Positions 9,679 to 18,978 of a stretch of 64,000 bases of DNA are shown one piece after another. The translations under genes were made by a program, and so were the position numbers. The stretch comes from Nitrospirota bacterium. Lineage in GTDB: Bacteria > JACPQY01. Position 1 is the first letter of the stretch, and each line of letters starts with the position of its first letter. Under the pieces are notes generated by a model. That model searched no databases. It saw only the letters and a program-made list of their open reading frames with translations, and was not told the DNA's origin. Where the stretch lies: assembly GCA_016180645.1 (NCBI GenBank), contig JACPAV010000005.1:62001-126000 (forward strand), written 5' to 3'.

Positions 9679-10710
9679 ATGAAGAGATTGACGGCACTCG
9701 CCCGCTGCGCAGGCTGAGCGGGCAAGATCGGTCCAGGGGACCTGGACACACTGTTATCTTCGCTCCGTTTCTATCGGGCGCCGGGAGTTTTGTTCGGCGT
9801 CGAGACACGGGGGGACGCGGGAATCGTCCGTCTCCGACCCGACCTCGCGCTGCTCTTCACCGCCGATTTCTTCGCGCCGGTTGTGGACGACCCCCGGGCC
9901 TATGGCCGCATTTCGGCGGCCAATTCCCTCTCGGACATCTGGGCGATGGGCGGAACGCCGATCGCCGCGCTGAATCTCGTGGGGTTTCCCGATTCGCTTC
10001 CGAAGACCGTCCTGCGCGATATCCTGAGGGGCGCTTCCGAAATCTGCGCCGAGGCCGGCGTTTCCATCGTGGGCGGCCACTCCGTGCGCGACGAGGAGCC
10101 CAAGTTTGGACTCGCTGCGGTGGGAACGGTTCACCCGAAGCGCGTGATCCTCAATTCCACGGCCCGGCCGGGCGACTCGCTGATTCTGACCAAAGCCATC
10201 GGCACGGGAGTGGTGACCACTGGCATCAAGCGAGGTCTTGCGCCCGCCTCTGCGATCCGTGCGGCGGTGGCTTCGATGGAATCACTCAACCAGACCGCCG
10301 CCGATGTCATGAGCCGGTTTCGTGTGCATGCCTGCACGGACGTGACGGGATTCGGTCTTCTGGGCCATCTCCACCGCATGGCGCATGCAAGCCGGTGCGG
10401 CGCACGAATTCATTTCTCAACGATGCCCATCCTCTCCGGGGTGATGGAGCTTCTCCAACGCAAGTGCTATCCGGGAGGAACGCTGGCCAATCTGGGTTTC
10501 CTTGAAGGAAAGGTGTCATGGGATCTCGATGGGCCGGTCTATCGCCGGCTCCTCGCGGATCCCCAGACCTCGGGTGGACTCCTCATGGCTGTTCATCCGC
10601 GGGATGCCTCGAAACTCCTGGCCGGCTTGAGAAGGAAGGGAATCGTGCAATCACGCATCATCGGTGAGGTAACGTCCGATCCTCGCCACCGCATACAAGT
10701 TCTTGCCTGA
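9679..10710 (+). CDS. selD: Selenide, water dikinase; selenoprotein with in-frame UGA at 9715-9717
   Basis: MKRLTALARCAG-UGA-AGKIGP is in frame with the 9790 ORF; DFFAPVVDDP, ANSLSDIWAMGG, DVTGFGLLGH and DPQTSGGLL. Confidence 0.95.
9731..9747 (+). promoter_or_regulatory. Candidate bacterial SECIS hairpin for selD
   Basis: GTCCAGG-GGA-CCTGGAC perfect stem with G-containing loop, 13 nt after the UGA. Confidence 0.7.
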
Positions 10711-10711
10711 G

Positions 10712-11425
10712 ATGAGGGTCGCCTTCATAACCAATCCCGACGGGTGGGAGGTTCCTGTCTACGCTGAGGCGCTAAGAAAGGCCCACCACTCCATGGTCGG
10801 CGTGCTCGCCCCCCTCTCGCCAAGGCCGCTTTTCGCTCGAATCAGACGGAACCGTGCCGCGGGACGCCGTCTCCTCCGACGCTCCGAGAGGGCGATCTTG
10901 TGGGCCGCCTGGTCGGCCCGATCCAGGCGCTTCCTTCGCGACCATTCCGCGCTACGAGCCTACTGCAAGAAGCACAAGTTCCCCCTGATCCTCGTGTGGT
11001 CTCTGTCTTCCGCGCGCGCTGCGAAGTTCCTTCGCAGACTGAAACCGGACCTCCTTTTCTCCGCCTCGCTCAGCCATCTCGTTCCACAGTCGCTCCTCTC
11101 CGTCCCACGGATCGCCGCCGTCAACATTCATGGTGGACTGCTTCCGGAATACGGTGGGCTGGACTCCGCCTACTGGGCACTTCAAGATCGGCAGAGCAAC
11201 GCCGGGGTGACCTTCCACACCTTGACCGAGCGATTTGATTCGGGCCGGATTATCCTTCGCCGTTCGCTCACAGTCCGTGGCACTCCCACGCCCGATGCCC
11301 TCGCCGAAAAGTTGATCCGACTCGCCGCCAAATCCCTTCCTGAATGCGTCGATCGGATCAAGTCCGGCCGCTTTGAAACTCAGACGCCCGTTCGATCCCG
11401 CCTTCGACCCAGGCCGGCCCGCTAG
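10712..11425 (+). CDS. Formyl transferase N-terminal domain protein
   Basis: VNIHGGLLPEYGG..YWAL..AGVTFH....DSGRII. Confidence 0.8.
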   Translation: MRVAFITNPDGWEVPVYAEALRKAHHSMVGVLAPLSPRPLFARIRRNRAAGRRLLRRSERAILWAAWSARSRRFLRDHSALRAYCKKHKFPLILVWSLSSARAAKFLRRLKPDLLFSASLSHLVPQSLLSVPRIAAVNIHGGLLPEYGGLDSAYWALQDRQSNAGVTFHTLTERFDSGRIILRRSLTVRGTPTPDALAEKLIRLAAKSLPECVDRIKSGRFETQTPVRSRLRPRPAR

Positions 11426-11477
11426 GCGACCGCTCTTCCTCTAAAGACCCTCCCCCACAAATACACCAACACTCCTC

Positions 11478-11621
11478 GTAGGGGAGCGCCTTCAGGTGCT
11501 CCCAGTTCGGGAGGGTCTAAAGACCCTCCCCTACCCGTAGGGGAGCGCCTTCGGGTGCTCCCAGTTCGGGAGGGTCTAAAGACCCTCCCCTACCCGTAGG
11601 GGAGCATCTTTAGATGCTCCC
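11478..11621. repeat. REP family B tandem doublets (59-bp period)
   Basis: GTAGGGGAG starts at 11478, 11537 and 11596, with inverted partners ending CTCCCCTAC. Confidence 0.9.
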
Positions 11622-11679
11622 TCTTGGATGCTCCCTCTTTCGGGAGGATCAAAACGGAATTTCTGCTATCATGACCCTG

Positions 11680-11910
11680 ATGGCCGACAAGAAAACAATC
11701 ACGATTTACGGCAAGGCCGGCTGACCTTACACCGCGTCGGCCCGTGAGGATTACGGGCGCAAGGGGTACTCGGTAATCTATTTGGACGTGAAGCAGGACA
11801 AGGCCGCCTTCTCGACATTTCTTGAACTCTCCAAAGGTCGCCGCGACGTCCCGCTGATTCTTGAAAACGATCAGGTCACCATCGGCTACGGAGGCACCTG
11901 AGGGGTTTGA
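11680..11910 (+). CDS. Glutaredoxin-like Uxx-star selenoprotein with two predicted Sec (UGA 11722-11724 and 11899-11901)
   Basis: Not in the ORF track. MADKKTITIYGKAG-U-PYTASAREDYGRKGYSVIYLDVKQDKAAFSTFLELSKGRRDVPLILENDQVTIGYGGT-U-GV-stop; Grx-like IY....UPY and VP motifs; a hairpin follows each UGA. Confidence 0.85.
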
Positions 11911-12002
11911 TTCCCCGCGGCGCGGGGATTTAATAGCTCTTCCAATCGCCGTCCTTGGAGCGCAGCGGAAAGGGCGGTGCGGGGACCACGCGGGCTGAAG
12001 CC

Positions 12003-12069
12003 CCATGCCACGGAGGGTATGGGACCATGATATGTCGCCGCACCACGGATGGTGCGGCATGGAACATGG
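12003..12069. mobile_element. 67-bp MITE-like element, copy 1 (CCATG...CATGG ends, CC duplication)
   Basis: Highly similar to 12111-12177; lies inside a REP. Confidence 0.7.
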
Positions 12070-12110
12070 CCCGCGCCTACCAAGGAGCCATTCCTCCGGT
12101 AGCCGCACCC

Positions 12111-12177
12111 CCATGCCAAGGACGGCATGGGGCCATGAAATGTCGCCGCGCCACGGATGGCACGGCATGTAACATGG
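12111..12177. mobile_element. 67-bp MITE-like element, copy 2
   Basis: Same length, ends and CC flanks as copy 1; lies inside a different REP variant. Confidence 0.7.
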
Positions 12178-12204
12178 CCTTTAGGGTGCGTCTTCGGACT
12201 GCGA

Positions 12205-12750
12205 CTAGGCCGGCATTTTCAGGATCGCCCAGCCCTTTCGCCAGTACTGGACGCACGAGACGATCGTACACGCGGCCACGGCCCAAGCCGAGACCCGGAC
12301 AGCCCACACGAATTCCCGGAAGGGCCATATCTGGGCGAGCAGGATGAAGCCGATCAGGCAGATTTGGAGAAACGTGTTCGTCTTGCCCACGAACGTTGGC
12401 ACGATTTCGAACACTTTGTGCCGGATGTACTTCAGGAAGGCCGCGCCTCCAATGAGCAGCAGATCCCGCCCGAACACGAGAATCACCAGAGACCACCAGA
12501 GAAATCCCTTCCAGGCAAAGGTGAAGAACAGCGCATTGACCATGAGTTTGTCCGCCAGCGGATCGAGCAGGCTCCCGAGCCGCGTCCGCCGCTTGAAGTT
12601 CCGGGCGATGTATCCGTCCAGGTAGTCCGTCACTCCGCCCAGGACCATGAGGAGAAGCGCATTGTCATAGCGGTCGCGTTCAATAAACACGATCACCACC
12701 GGGATCAGAAGGATCCGGAAGAGCGTGAGGAGGTTGGGGATGTTAAACAA
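12205..12750 (-). CDS. CDP-alcohol phosphatidyltransferase family protein
   Basis: NIPNLLTLFRI and TDYLDGYIAR....TRLGSLLDPLADK. Confidence 0.92.
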   Translation of the reverse strand: MFNIPNLLTLFRILLIPVVIVFIERDRYDNALLLMVLGGVTDYLDGYIARNFKRRTRLGSLLDPLADKLMVNALFFTFAWKGFLWWSLVILVFGRDLLLIGGAAFLKYIRHKVFEIVPTFVGKTNTFLQICLIGFILLAQIWPFREFVWAVRVSAWAVAACTIVSCVQYWRKGWAILKMPA

Positions 12751-14008
12751 GGAACTCGACGGCCCGGTTATGCCGAAGGATCTCCACGTGTTTGCGGTGC
12801 AGGCGGGCCTCCACCTCGACTCCGCCTGCCGAGTAGCGGGTGTTCAGGACGTGCCCGGATCCGTACAACATGGAAAGCAGATTCTTCCCCTCGCCGCGGA
12901 CTCTTATGGTCACATGCACTGTTTCTCGATCCAACCACGCCTCAAGGGCGAGCACCAGGTCGTCCAGCCCTTCCCCGGTGGAGGCGGATACGCCGATTTC
13001 CGCACCCCGCTCCGACGGCCGGTTTTCGCCCAGCAGATCGATCTTGTTCAGGGCCATGATCGAAGGTTTGTCGGCCGACCCAATTTCTTCGAGTACTGAA
13101 CGGACCGCCTCCCCGTGTTCATCCCGCATCGGGCTGGAAGCATCGACGACGTGAAGCAGGAGGTCCGCCGCGCCGAGCTCTTCGAACGTCGCCCGGAACG
13201 CCTCGACGAGCTGATGCGGCAGCTTGCGGATGAATCCCACCGTGTCCGAAAGAAGCACGACCCGCCCCGAGGGCAGCTTGATCGCGCGGGTCATGGGGTC
13301 CAACGTCGCGAAAAGCTGGTCCGCCACGAATGCCTTGCCCACCGTCCCGTGTCCATGTTTCTTGATGAGCGCGTTGAACAGGGACGATTTCCCCGCGTTC
13401 GTGTATCCGATCAGCGTGATCCCCGGCAGCGGGACGTCTTTGCGGTGTCCGCGTTGGATTTGCCGGCGGTCCCGGACACTCTCCAGCTCCCGCTTCAGCC
13501 AGGCGATCCGGTCGCGGATGACTCGGCGCCTCATCTCCAATTTTCGTTCGCCGGGACCGCGCGTGCCGATGCCGCCGCCCAATCGTGAAAGTGCGCGATC
13601 GCGTCCCACCAGACGAGGAAGCAGATAGGTGAGTTGGGCCAATTCCACTTGAAGTTTGCCCTCCTGCGTGCGGGCCCGCTGCGCAAAGATATCAAGGATC
13701 AGCCCCGTCCGGTCCACCACCTTCGCCTCCCACGCGTCCTCCAGGTTTCGCTGCTGCATGGGAGTGAGATCCTGATCCACAATCACCAGGTCCGCCTGAC
13801 GCATTTCCACTTCGCCCCGGATGGCGTCCACTTTTCCCGAACGAATGAAGCTGCCGGCGGCGACCGTCGATACTCTCTCGATTTCCTTCCAGATGACTTC
13901 AGCGCCGGCACTCGCCGCCAGATCCTCCAATTCGGACATGGAATCCTCCGCGCGGAAGACCGTTTCGCGTCCCCGGCGGACTCCGAGCAGGATCGCCCTC
14001 TCCCTAAT
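12743..14008 (-). CDS. hflX: GTPase HflX; start uncertain (first ATG 13939, conserved N-terminus extends to about 14008)
   Basis: DRTGLILDIFAQRA, GGGIGTRGPGE, GYTNAGKSS, FATLDP, DTVGF and NKID. Confidence 0.93.
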   Translation of the reverse strand: MRERAILLGVRRGRETVFRAEDSMSELEDLAASAGAEVIWKEIERVSTVAAGSFIRSGKVDAIRGEVEMRQADLVIVDQDLTPMQQRNLEDAWEAKVVDRTGLILDIFAQRARTQEGKLQVELAQLTYLLPRLVGRDRALSRLGGGIGTRGPGERKLEMRRRVIRDRIAWLKRELESVRDRRQIQRGHRKDVPLPGITLIGYTNAGKSSLFNALIKKHGHGTVGKAFVADQLFATLDPMTRAIKLPSGRVVLLSDTVGFIRKLPHQLVEAFRATFEELGAADLLLHVVDASSPMRDEHGEAVRSVLEEIGSADKPSIMALNKIDLLGENRPSERGAEIGVSASTGEGLDDLVLALEAWLDRETVHVTIRVRGEGKNLLSMLYGSGHVLNTRYSAGGVEVEARLHRKHVEILRHNRAVEFLV

Positions 14009-17000
14009 GGCTGGTGGCGGATGCGTCAGGAAGGCTCACGCTGGCGTCCAGGGCGTAGGTTCGAAGTATTTTCTCCAAGTCGGCATCCGGATCGATGGCA
14101 AAGAATTCCGGGAGCGCCACGGCGCGTTCCTTCCCACCGAGGGTCAGAAGCACCCGAACGCGGCACGACCCCGGATGGGATCGAAACAGCGTGGCCAAAC
14201 GTTTCATACGCTCACCGTCCATCGTGCCAAGATCGATGCGGATTGTAAACTCGCCCCGACGCGATTGTCCCTTCTGCCTTAACTTGAGCATCATCTTGTC
14301 CAGCGTGTCGACGTCCCTCGCCACCAGGCGGACGCGCTCGCTTCTCCCCCCCGCCGGCTCATCCGCATCGGGCCGACCCGCCCCGTTGGACTCCTTCCCT
14401 CGCCGGCCGCCCGCCTCTTCAAATTCAAGCGTTCCCACCACCACCACGGGTTCGTTCTTCTGGAACAGCAGGGCGGACGCCTGGAGATACACCTTCGGCC
14501 AGACGATCACTTCCATCGCCCCGGTCATGTCTTCCAGAGTCACAAAGGCGTAGAGATCGCCGCCCTTGGTCGGCCGTTCCTTGATTTCGGATACCATCCC
14601 TGCGATCCACACTTCCCGTCCTTCGGTCATCGTCTCCAAGGAGCCGATGACGGTTACGTTCAATGCACGCAACTTTTCCAGGTACTTTTCCAACGGATGG
14701 CGCGTCAGGTAGAAACCGAGCATCTCTTTTTCGAAGTTCAAAAACTCCTCTTCGGGCCACTCCGCCGCGGCAGCCGACGCGCCATGGGCTTTGCCGTTCC
14801 CTCCGAAACCGGCCGCCCCGCCGACCACGGGCTCCGTCGTCGCGAACAGGGCCACCTGCGCTTTGGACGATTTCGCGCGCCGATGAATGTCCTCGAGCAG
14901 AACGTCCAGCGATGAGTGGAGGGGGCGCCGACCCTGTCCCATCGAATCGAATGCGCCCGACTTGATCAAGCTCTCTACCGCCTTCTTGTTCACTTTCGAC
15001 AGATTCACCCTCTCCAGGAAGTCCTGAAAGGTTTTGAACGGGCCGCTCTCGCTCCGCGATTGCAGGATCGATTCGATCACGGCGGAACCGACGTTCTTGA
15101 TGGCCGTGAGACCAAAGCGGATGCCCCCTACTTTCCCCCGCGGCACGTCTTTCGGCGCGACGACCGTGAAATCCGCCTCGCTATGGTTCACATCCGGCGC
15201 GAGGATGACGATTTCCATCCGCCGGCACTCCTCGAAGTGACGGAGGATCTTGTCCTTCTTCCCGATCTCGGCGCTCAAAAGTGCCGCCATGTATTCCGTC
15301 GGGAAATGCGCTTTGAAGTAGGCGGTTTGATAGGCCACGGCGGCGTAGGCCGCGGCATGCGACTTGTTGAACGCGTAGCCCGCGAACCGCTCGATGTTAT
15401 CGAAGAGCCGTTCCGCGTCCGCGGCTGCAAGTCCACTTTTCCCCGAGCCGTCGATGAAAGGCTTCTTGAGCGCTTCCATCACGGCGCTATCCTTTTTCGC
15501 CACGGCCTTTCTCATTTTGTCGACTTGAAGCGATGTGAATCCCGCCAGCTCCTTGGCGATGCGCATCACCTGCTCCTGGTACACCATGATGCCGTAGGTG
15601 CTCTTGAGGATCGGCTCCAGTTTCTTGTGGTCGTACGTCACCCTCACGCGACCATTCTTGCGGTCGATGAAGTCCGGGATGAGTCCCATCGGACCCGGCC
15701 GATAGAGCGCGACGATGGCGATGATATCGTCGATCTTCTCCGGCTTGAGACGGCGGATCACGTCACGCATCCCCTCGGATTCGAGTTGGAACACCCCGAA
15801 GGTCCGACCCTCGGCAAGCAATTTGTACGTCTCGGGGTCGTCCGGTGGAATGGCGTCGATCCTCACCTTGATCCCCCGATTCTGCTCGATCATCCGGCAC
15901 GCCGTGGAGATGACGTTGAGCGTGGTCAGCCCGAGAAGGTCCATCTTGAGCAGTCCGATCTTCTCGATCGGCTTCATCGAATACTGCGTCGAAATCTCTT
16001 CCGCGTTCGATTTGTAGAGCGGCACCTGATCCGTCAGCGGCGGACCCGAAATCACGATCCCGGCGGCATGGACGGATGCGTGCCGGAAGAGCCCCGTCAG
16101 GTTCCGCGAAATCTCGCACACTTCCTGGAACTCTCGCCGGCCTTTGACTTCGTCTTGGAGCACCGGGTTGGCCTTGAGCGCATCGTCCACCGTCTTGATG
16201 TCGGGGGCGCGAGGGAAAAGCTTCGCGAATCGGTCCACCTCGCCATAGGCCAGGCCCATCACGCGACCCACATCGCGGACGACCTGCCGGACGCCCAGCG
16301 AGCCGAACGTGATGATCCGGGCGACATGGTCGTCACCATATTTCTGAATGACATAGCGGATGACCTCGTCGCGCCGGTCGTCCTGAAAATCGATGTCCAT
16401 ATCCGGCATGCTGATGCGCTCGGGATTCAGGAATCGCTCGAAAAGAAGTTCGAACCGCATGGGATCGATGTCGGTGATCCGGATGCAGTAGGCCACGAGC
16501 GATCCGGCCGCCGAGCCGCGTCCCGGTCCGACCATGATCCCCCGTTCCCGAGCGAACCGGATGATGTCCCACACAATGAGATAGTAGTCGCTGAACTGCA
16601 TCTTCTTGATGACGCCCAGTTCCATTTCGAGGCGGTCCTTCAATTCCGGGGTACGCTTCTCGTACCGTTCGTCCAACCCTTTTTCCGCGAGTTTCCGGAG
16701 GTAGTCGTCGGCCGTCAGCCCTTCCGGAACGTCGAAATTGGGAATCTGGATGCGGCCCAGTTCCAGCTTGAGATTGCACCGCTCCGCCACGGCCATTGTG
16801 TTGGTGAGGAACGCGGTGTCCTGCGAGAAGACCTTCTCCATTTCGAGAGGATGCTTCATGTAGAACTGGTCCGACTGGAACTTCCAGTGGTTCGGATCGC
16901 GGATGGTCTTGCCCGTCTGGATGCAGAGGAGCACTTCGTGCGCGAGGGAGTCCGGCGCATTCAGGTAGTGCACGTCATTGGTTCCCACCAGTTTGGCGTT

Positions 17001-17606
17001 CAATCGCCGCGCGATGGAGATCAGGCCGTTGTTCACCTTCCGCTGCTCCGGCAGTCCGTGGTCCTGGATTTCGATGAAGAAGTTTTCGGCGCCGTACAGG
17101 TCGCGGTACCACGCCGCCGCCACGTAGGCCTCCTCCTCCTTCCCCTCCTGAAGGAAGCGGCAGACTTCGCTGTTCAGGCATCCGGAGAGACATACCAACC
17201 CTTTCGCATGCCTTTGGATGAGTTCCTTGTCCACGCGCGGCTTATGGTAGAAACCTTCGGTAAAGCTGCGGGTCGATAGCTCCATGAGATTCCGGTAGCC
17301 CTCGTCGTTGCCCACCAGGAGCGTCAAGTGGTTCGCCCCTTCGTAGTGGCGCGTTTCCTCGGGCAGCCGCTCCGTGCGCGAGCGCGGGGCCACGTAGACC
17401 TCGCAGCCGATGAGGGGCTTGACGCCCTGGTCCAGGGCGCGGGCATAGAAATCGACCGCGCCGAAGAGATTTCCGTGATCGGTGATGGCGAGGTGCTTCA
17501 TCCCCTGCGCCTTGACGGTCTTGAGGAGACCGTCCACAGAGCACGCGCCGTCGAGCAAACTGTACTGGGTATGGACGTGGAGGTGGACGAATTCTTTCTG
17601 ACTCAT
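14004..17606 (-). CDS. dnaE: DNA polymerase III alpha subunit
   Basis: FVHLHVHTQYSLLDG, GPGRGSAAGS, SMPDMDIDF and YAFNKSH. Confidence 0.98.
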   Translation of the reverse strand: MSQKEFVHLHVHTQYSLLDGACSVDGLLKTVKAQGMKHLAITDHGNLFGAVDFYARALDQGVKPLIGCEVYVAPRSRTERLPEETRHYEGANHLTLLVGNDEGYRNLMELSTRSFTEGFYHKPRVDKELIQRHAKGLVCLSGCLNSEVCRFLQEGKEEEAYVAAAWYRDLYGAENFFIEIQDHGLPEQRKVNNGLISIARRLNAKLVGTNDVHYLNAPDSLAHEVLLCIQTGKTIRDPNHWKFQSDQFYMKHPLEMEKVFSQDTAFLTNTMAVAERCNLKLELGRIQIPNFDVPEGLTADDYLRKLAEKGLDERYEKRTPELKDRLEMELGVIKKMQFSDYYLIVWDIIRFARERGIMVGPGRGSAAGSLVAYCIRITDIDPMRFELLFERFLNPERISMPDMDIDFQDDRRDEVIRYVIQKYGDDHVARIITFGSLGVRQVVRDVGRVMGLAYGEVDRFAKLFPRAPDIKTVDDALKANPVLQDEVKGRREFQEVCEISRNLTGLFRHASVHAAGIVISGPPLTDQVPLYKSNAEEISTQYSMKPIEKIGLLKMDLLGLTTLNVISTACRMIEQNRGIKVRIDAIPPDDPETYKLLAEGRTFGVFQLESEGMRDVIRRLKPEKIDDIIAIVALYRPGPMGLIPDFIDRKNGRVRVTYDHKKLEPILKSTYGIMVYQEQVMRIAKELAGFTSLQVDKMRKAVAKKDSAVMEALKKPFIDGSGKSGLAAADAERLFDNIERFAGYAFNKSHAAAYAAVAYQTAYFKAHFPTEYMAALLSAEIGKKDKILRHFEECRRMEIVILAPDVNHSEADFTVVAPKDVPRGKVGGIRFGLTAIKNVGSAVIESILQSRSESGPFKTFQDFLERVNLSKVNKKAVESLIKSGAFDSMGQGRRPLHSSLDVLLEDIHRRAKSSKAQVALFATTEPVVGGAAGFGGNGKAHGASAAAAEWPEEEFLNFEKEMLGFYLTRHPLEKYLEKLRALNVTVIGSLETMTEGREVWIAGMVSEIKERPTKGGDLYAFVTLEDMTGAMEVIVWPKVYLQASALLFQKNEPVVVVGTLEFEEAGGRRGKESNGAGRPDADEPAGGRSERVRLVARDVDTLDKMMLKLRQKGQSRRGEFTIRIDLGTMDGERMKRLATLFRSHPGSCRVRVLLTLGGKERAVALPEFFAIDPDADLEKILRTYALDASVSLPDASATSH

Positions 17607-17688
17607 GAAAACCTGCGTCCCTGCATCGGCAACCCGCTTGCAGTCGTATCAGAACCCCGCCCGCCGGGTCAAGCGGGATCGCGGCTGC

Positions 17689-18927
17689 CTACTCCTCTTT
17701 CGGTTTCTCGTGCAGGTTGAAGGCGCGGTGGAGGGTACGGACGGCCGGCTGGCCGAACTTCTCGTCCACCACGACGGAGATCTTGATTTCGGAGGTGCTG
17801 ATCATCAGGATGTTGATGCTCTCCTTGGCGAGGGCGTCGAACATGCGCGAGGCCACGCCCGAATGGCTCCGCATTCCGAGGCCGACCATGGATACTTTGG
17901 CGATCGAGGTGTTTCCCTCCACTTCACCCGCGCCCACGTCCTTGGCCACCTTCTTCACCACGTCCATCGCCTGCTTATACTCGTTCTTCATGACCGTGAA
18001 CGTCAGGTCCGTGTAGCCGTCGGCGCTCACGTTCTGCACGATCATGTCCACCACCACGTTCGCCTCGGCGACGGGCCCGAAGATTCTGGCCGCGATGCCC
18101 GGACGGTCCGGCACCCTCCGGATGGCGATTTTCGCCTCGTTCTTGTTGTAGGTAATGCCGGTGACGGCCTGTTTCTCCATGCGGCTATCCTCCTTCACGA
18201 TGAGCGTGCCCGGCTCATCGGAGAAACTCGTTCGAATGTGCAACGGGACCATGAATCGCTTGGCGTACTCCATGCTCACGGTCTGCATGACCTTCGCGCC
18301 CAGACTGGCCATCTCGAGCATCTCGTCGTACGACACACGGTCGAGCTTCCTCGCCTCGGGGCAGAGGTTCGGATCGGTGGTATACACACCGTCCACATCG
18401 GTATAGATCTCGCAGACCTTGGCCTTCAGGGCGGCTGCCACGGCCACGGCGGTGGTGTCCGATCCTCCGCGCCCCAGCGTGGTGATTTCCTCCCCGCTCT
18501 CCGTGACGCCCTGGAAACCGGCGATCACGGGGACGGCGCCCTTTCGGAGATCCGCCACGAGTTTGCGCGGGTCCACTTTCACAATCCGCGCTTTGGAATG
18601 GATGGTGTCCGTGACGATCGGCACCTGGTGACCCAGGTAGGAGCGGGCTTTCAGGCCCGCTTGGTGAAGCGCCAGCGCGAGGAGGCTGATCGAGACTTGT
18701 TCCCCCGTGGAGACGATCTGGTCATATTCGCGGGGGTCCGGGCTCTCGGTAATCTGGCCGACGAGCTTGACGAGTTTGTCCGTTTCGCCGGACATGGCGG
18801 AGGCGACGACGACGACGCGGTTGCCGCTTTTCGCCGTCCGGGCGACGCGGTCCGCCACGGCCTTAATCCGCTCGATGCTTCCGACGGATGTGCCGCCGAA
18901 TTTTTGGACGATGATGTTTTTTCCCAT
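17689..18927 (-). CDS. lysC: Aspartate kinase
   Basis: VQKFGGTSV, TLGRGGSDTTA, two ACT domains and ISTSEIKIS. Confidence 0.96.
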   Translation of the reverse strand: MGKNIIVQKFGGTSVGSIERIKAVADRVARTAKSGNRVVVVASAMSGETDKLVKLVGQITESPDPREYDQIVSTGEQVSISLLALALHQAGLKARSYLGHQVPIVTDTIHSKARIVKVDPRKLVADLRKGAVPVIAGFQGVTESGEEITTLGRGGSDTTAVAVAAALKAKVCEIYTDVDGVYTTDPNLCPEARKLDRVSYDEMLEMASLGAKVMQTVSMEYAKRFMVPLHIRTSFSDEPGTLIVKEDSRMEKQAVTGITYNKNEAKIAIRRVPDRPGIAARIFGPVAEANVVVDMIVQNVSADGYTDLTFTVMKNEYKQAMDVVKKVAKDVGAGEVEGNTSIAKVSMVGLGMRSHSGVASRMFDALAKESINILMISTSEIKISVVVDEKFGQPAVRTLHRAFNLHEKPKEE

Positions 18928-18946
18928 GGGCTGCGAGGCGGATGCT

Positions 18947-18975
18947 ATTCTAGGCACGCGGGAATTCCCTGACAA
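18947..18975 (-). promoter_or_regulatory. Sigma70-type promoter for lysC
   Basis: TTGTCA-17 nt-TAGAAT on the minus strand. Confidence 0.6.
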
Positions 18976-18978
18976 GTG

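Larger units (their letters stand above)
11989..12192. repeat. Two family-A REPs, each interrupted by a 67-bp insertion
   Basis: Removing 12003-12069 and 12111-12177, plus one CC each, restores cgcgggctgaagcccgcgcctac and gtagccgcaccctttagggtgcg. Confidence 0.85.

Noticed and set aside
11478-11621. CRISPR array
   Set aside because: 59-bp tandem REP doublets with no unique spacers.
11590-12496. ORFs 11590-12168, 11955-12347 and 12077-12496
   Set aside because: They translate repeat DNA or the antisense of the selenoprotein and phosphatidyltransferase genes.
14916-17279. 787-aa plus-strand ORF, and similar long antisense ORFs such as 17605-18972, 22648-23799 and 44397-45998
   Set aside because: Antisense shadows of well-supported genes in high-GC DNA, with no recognisable motifs.
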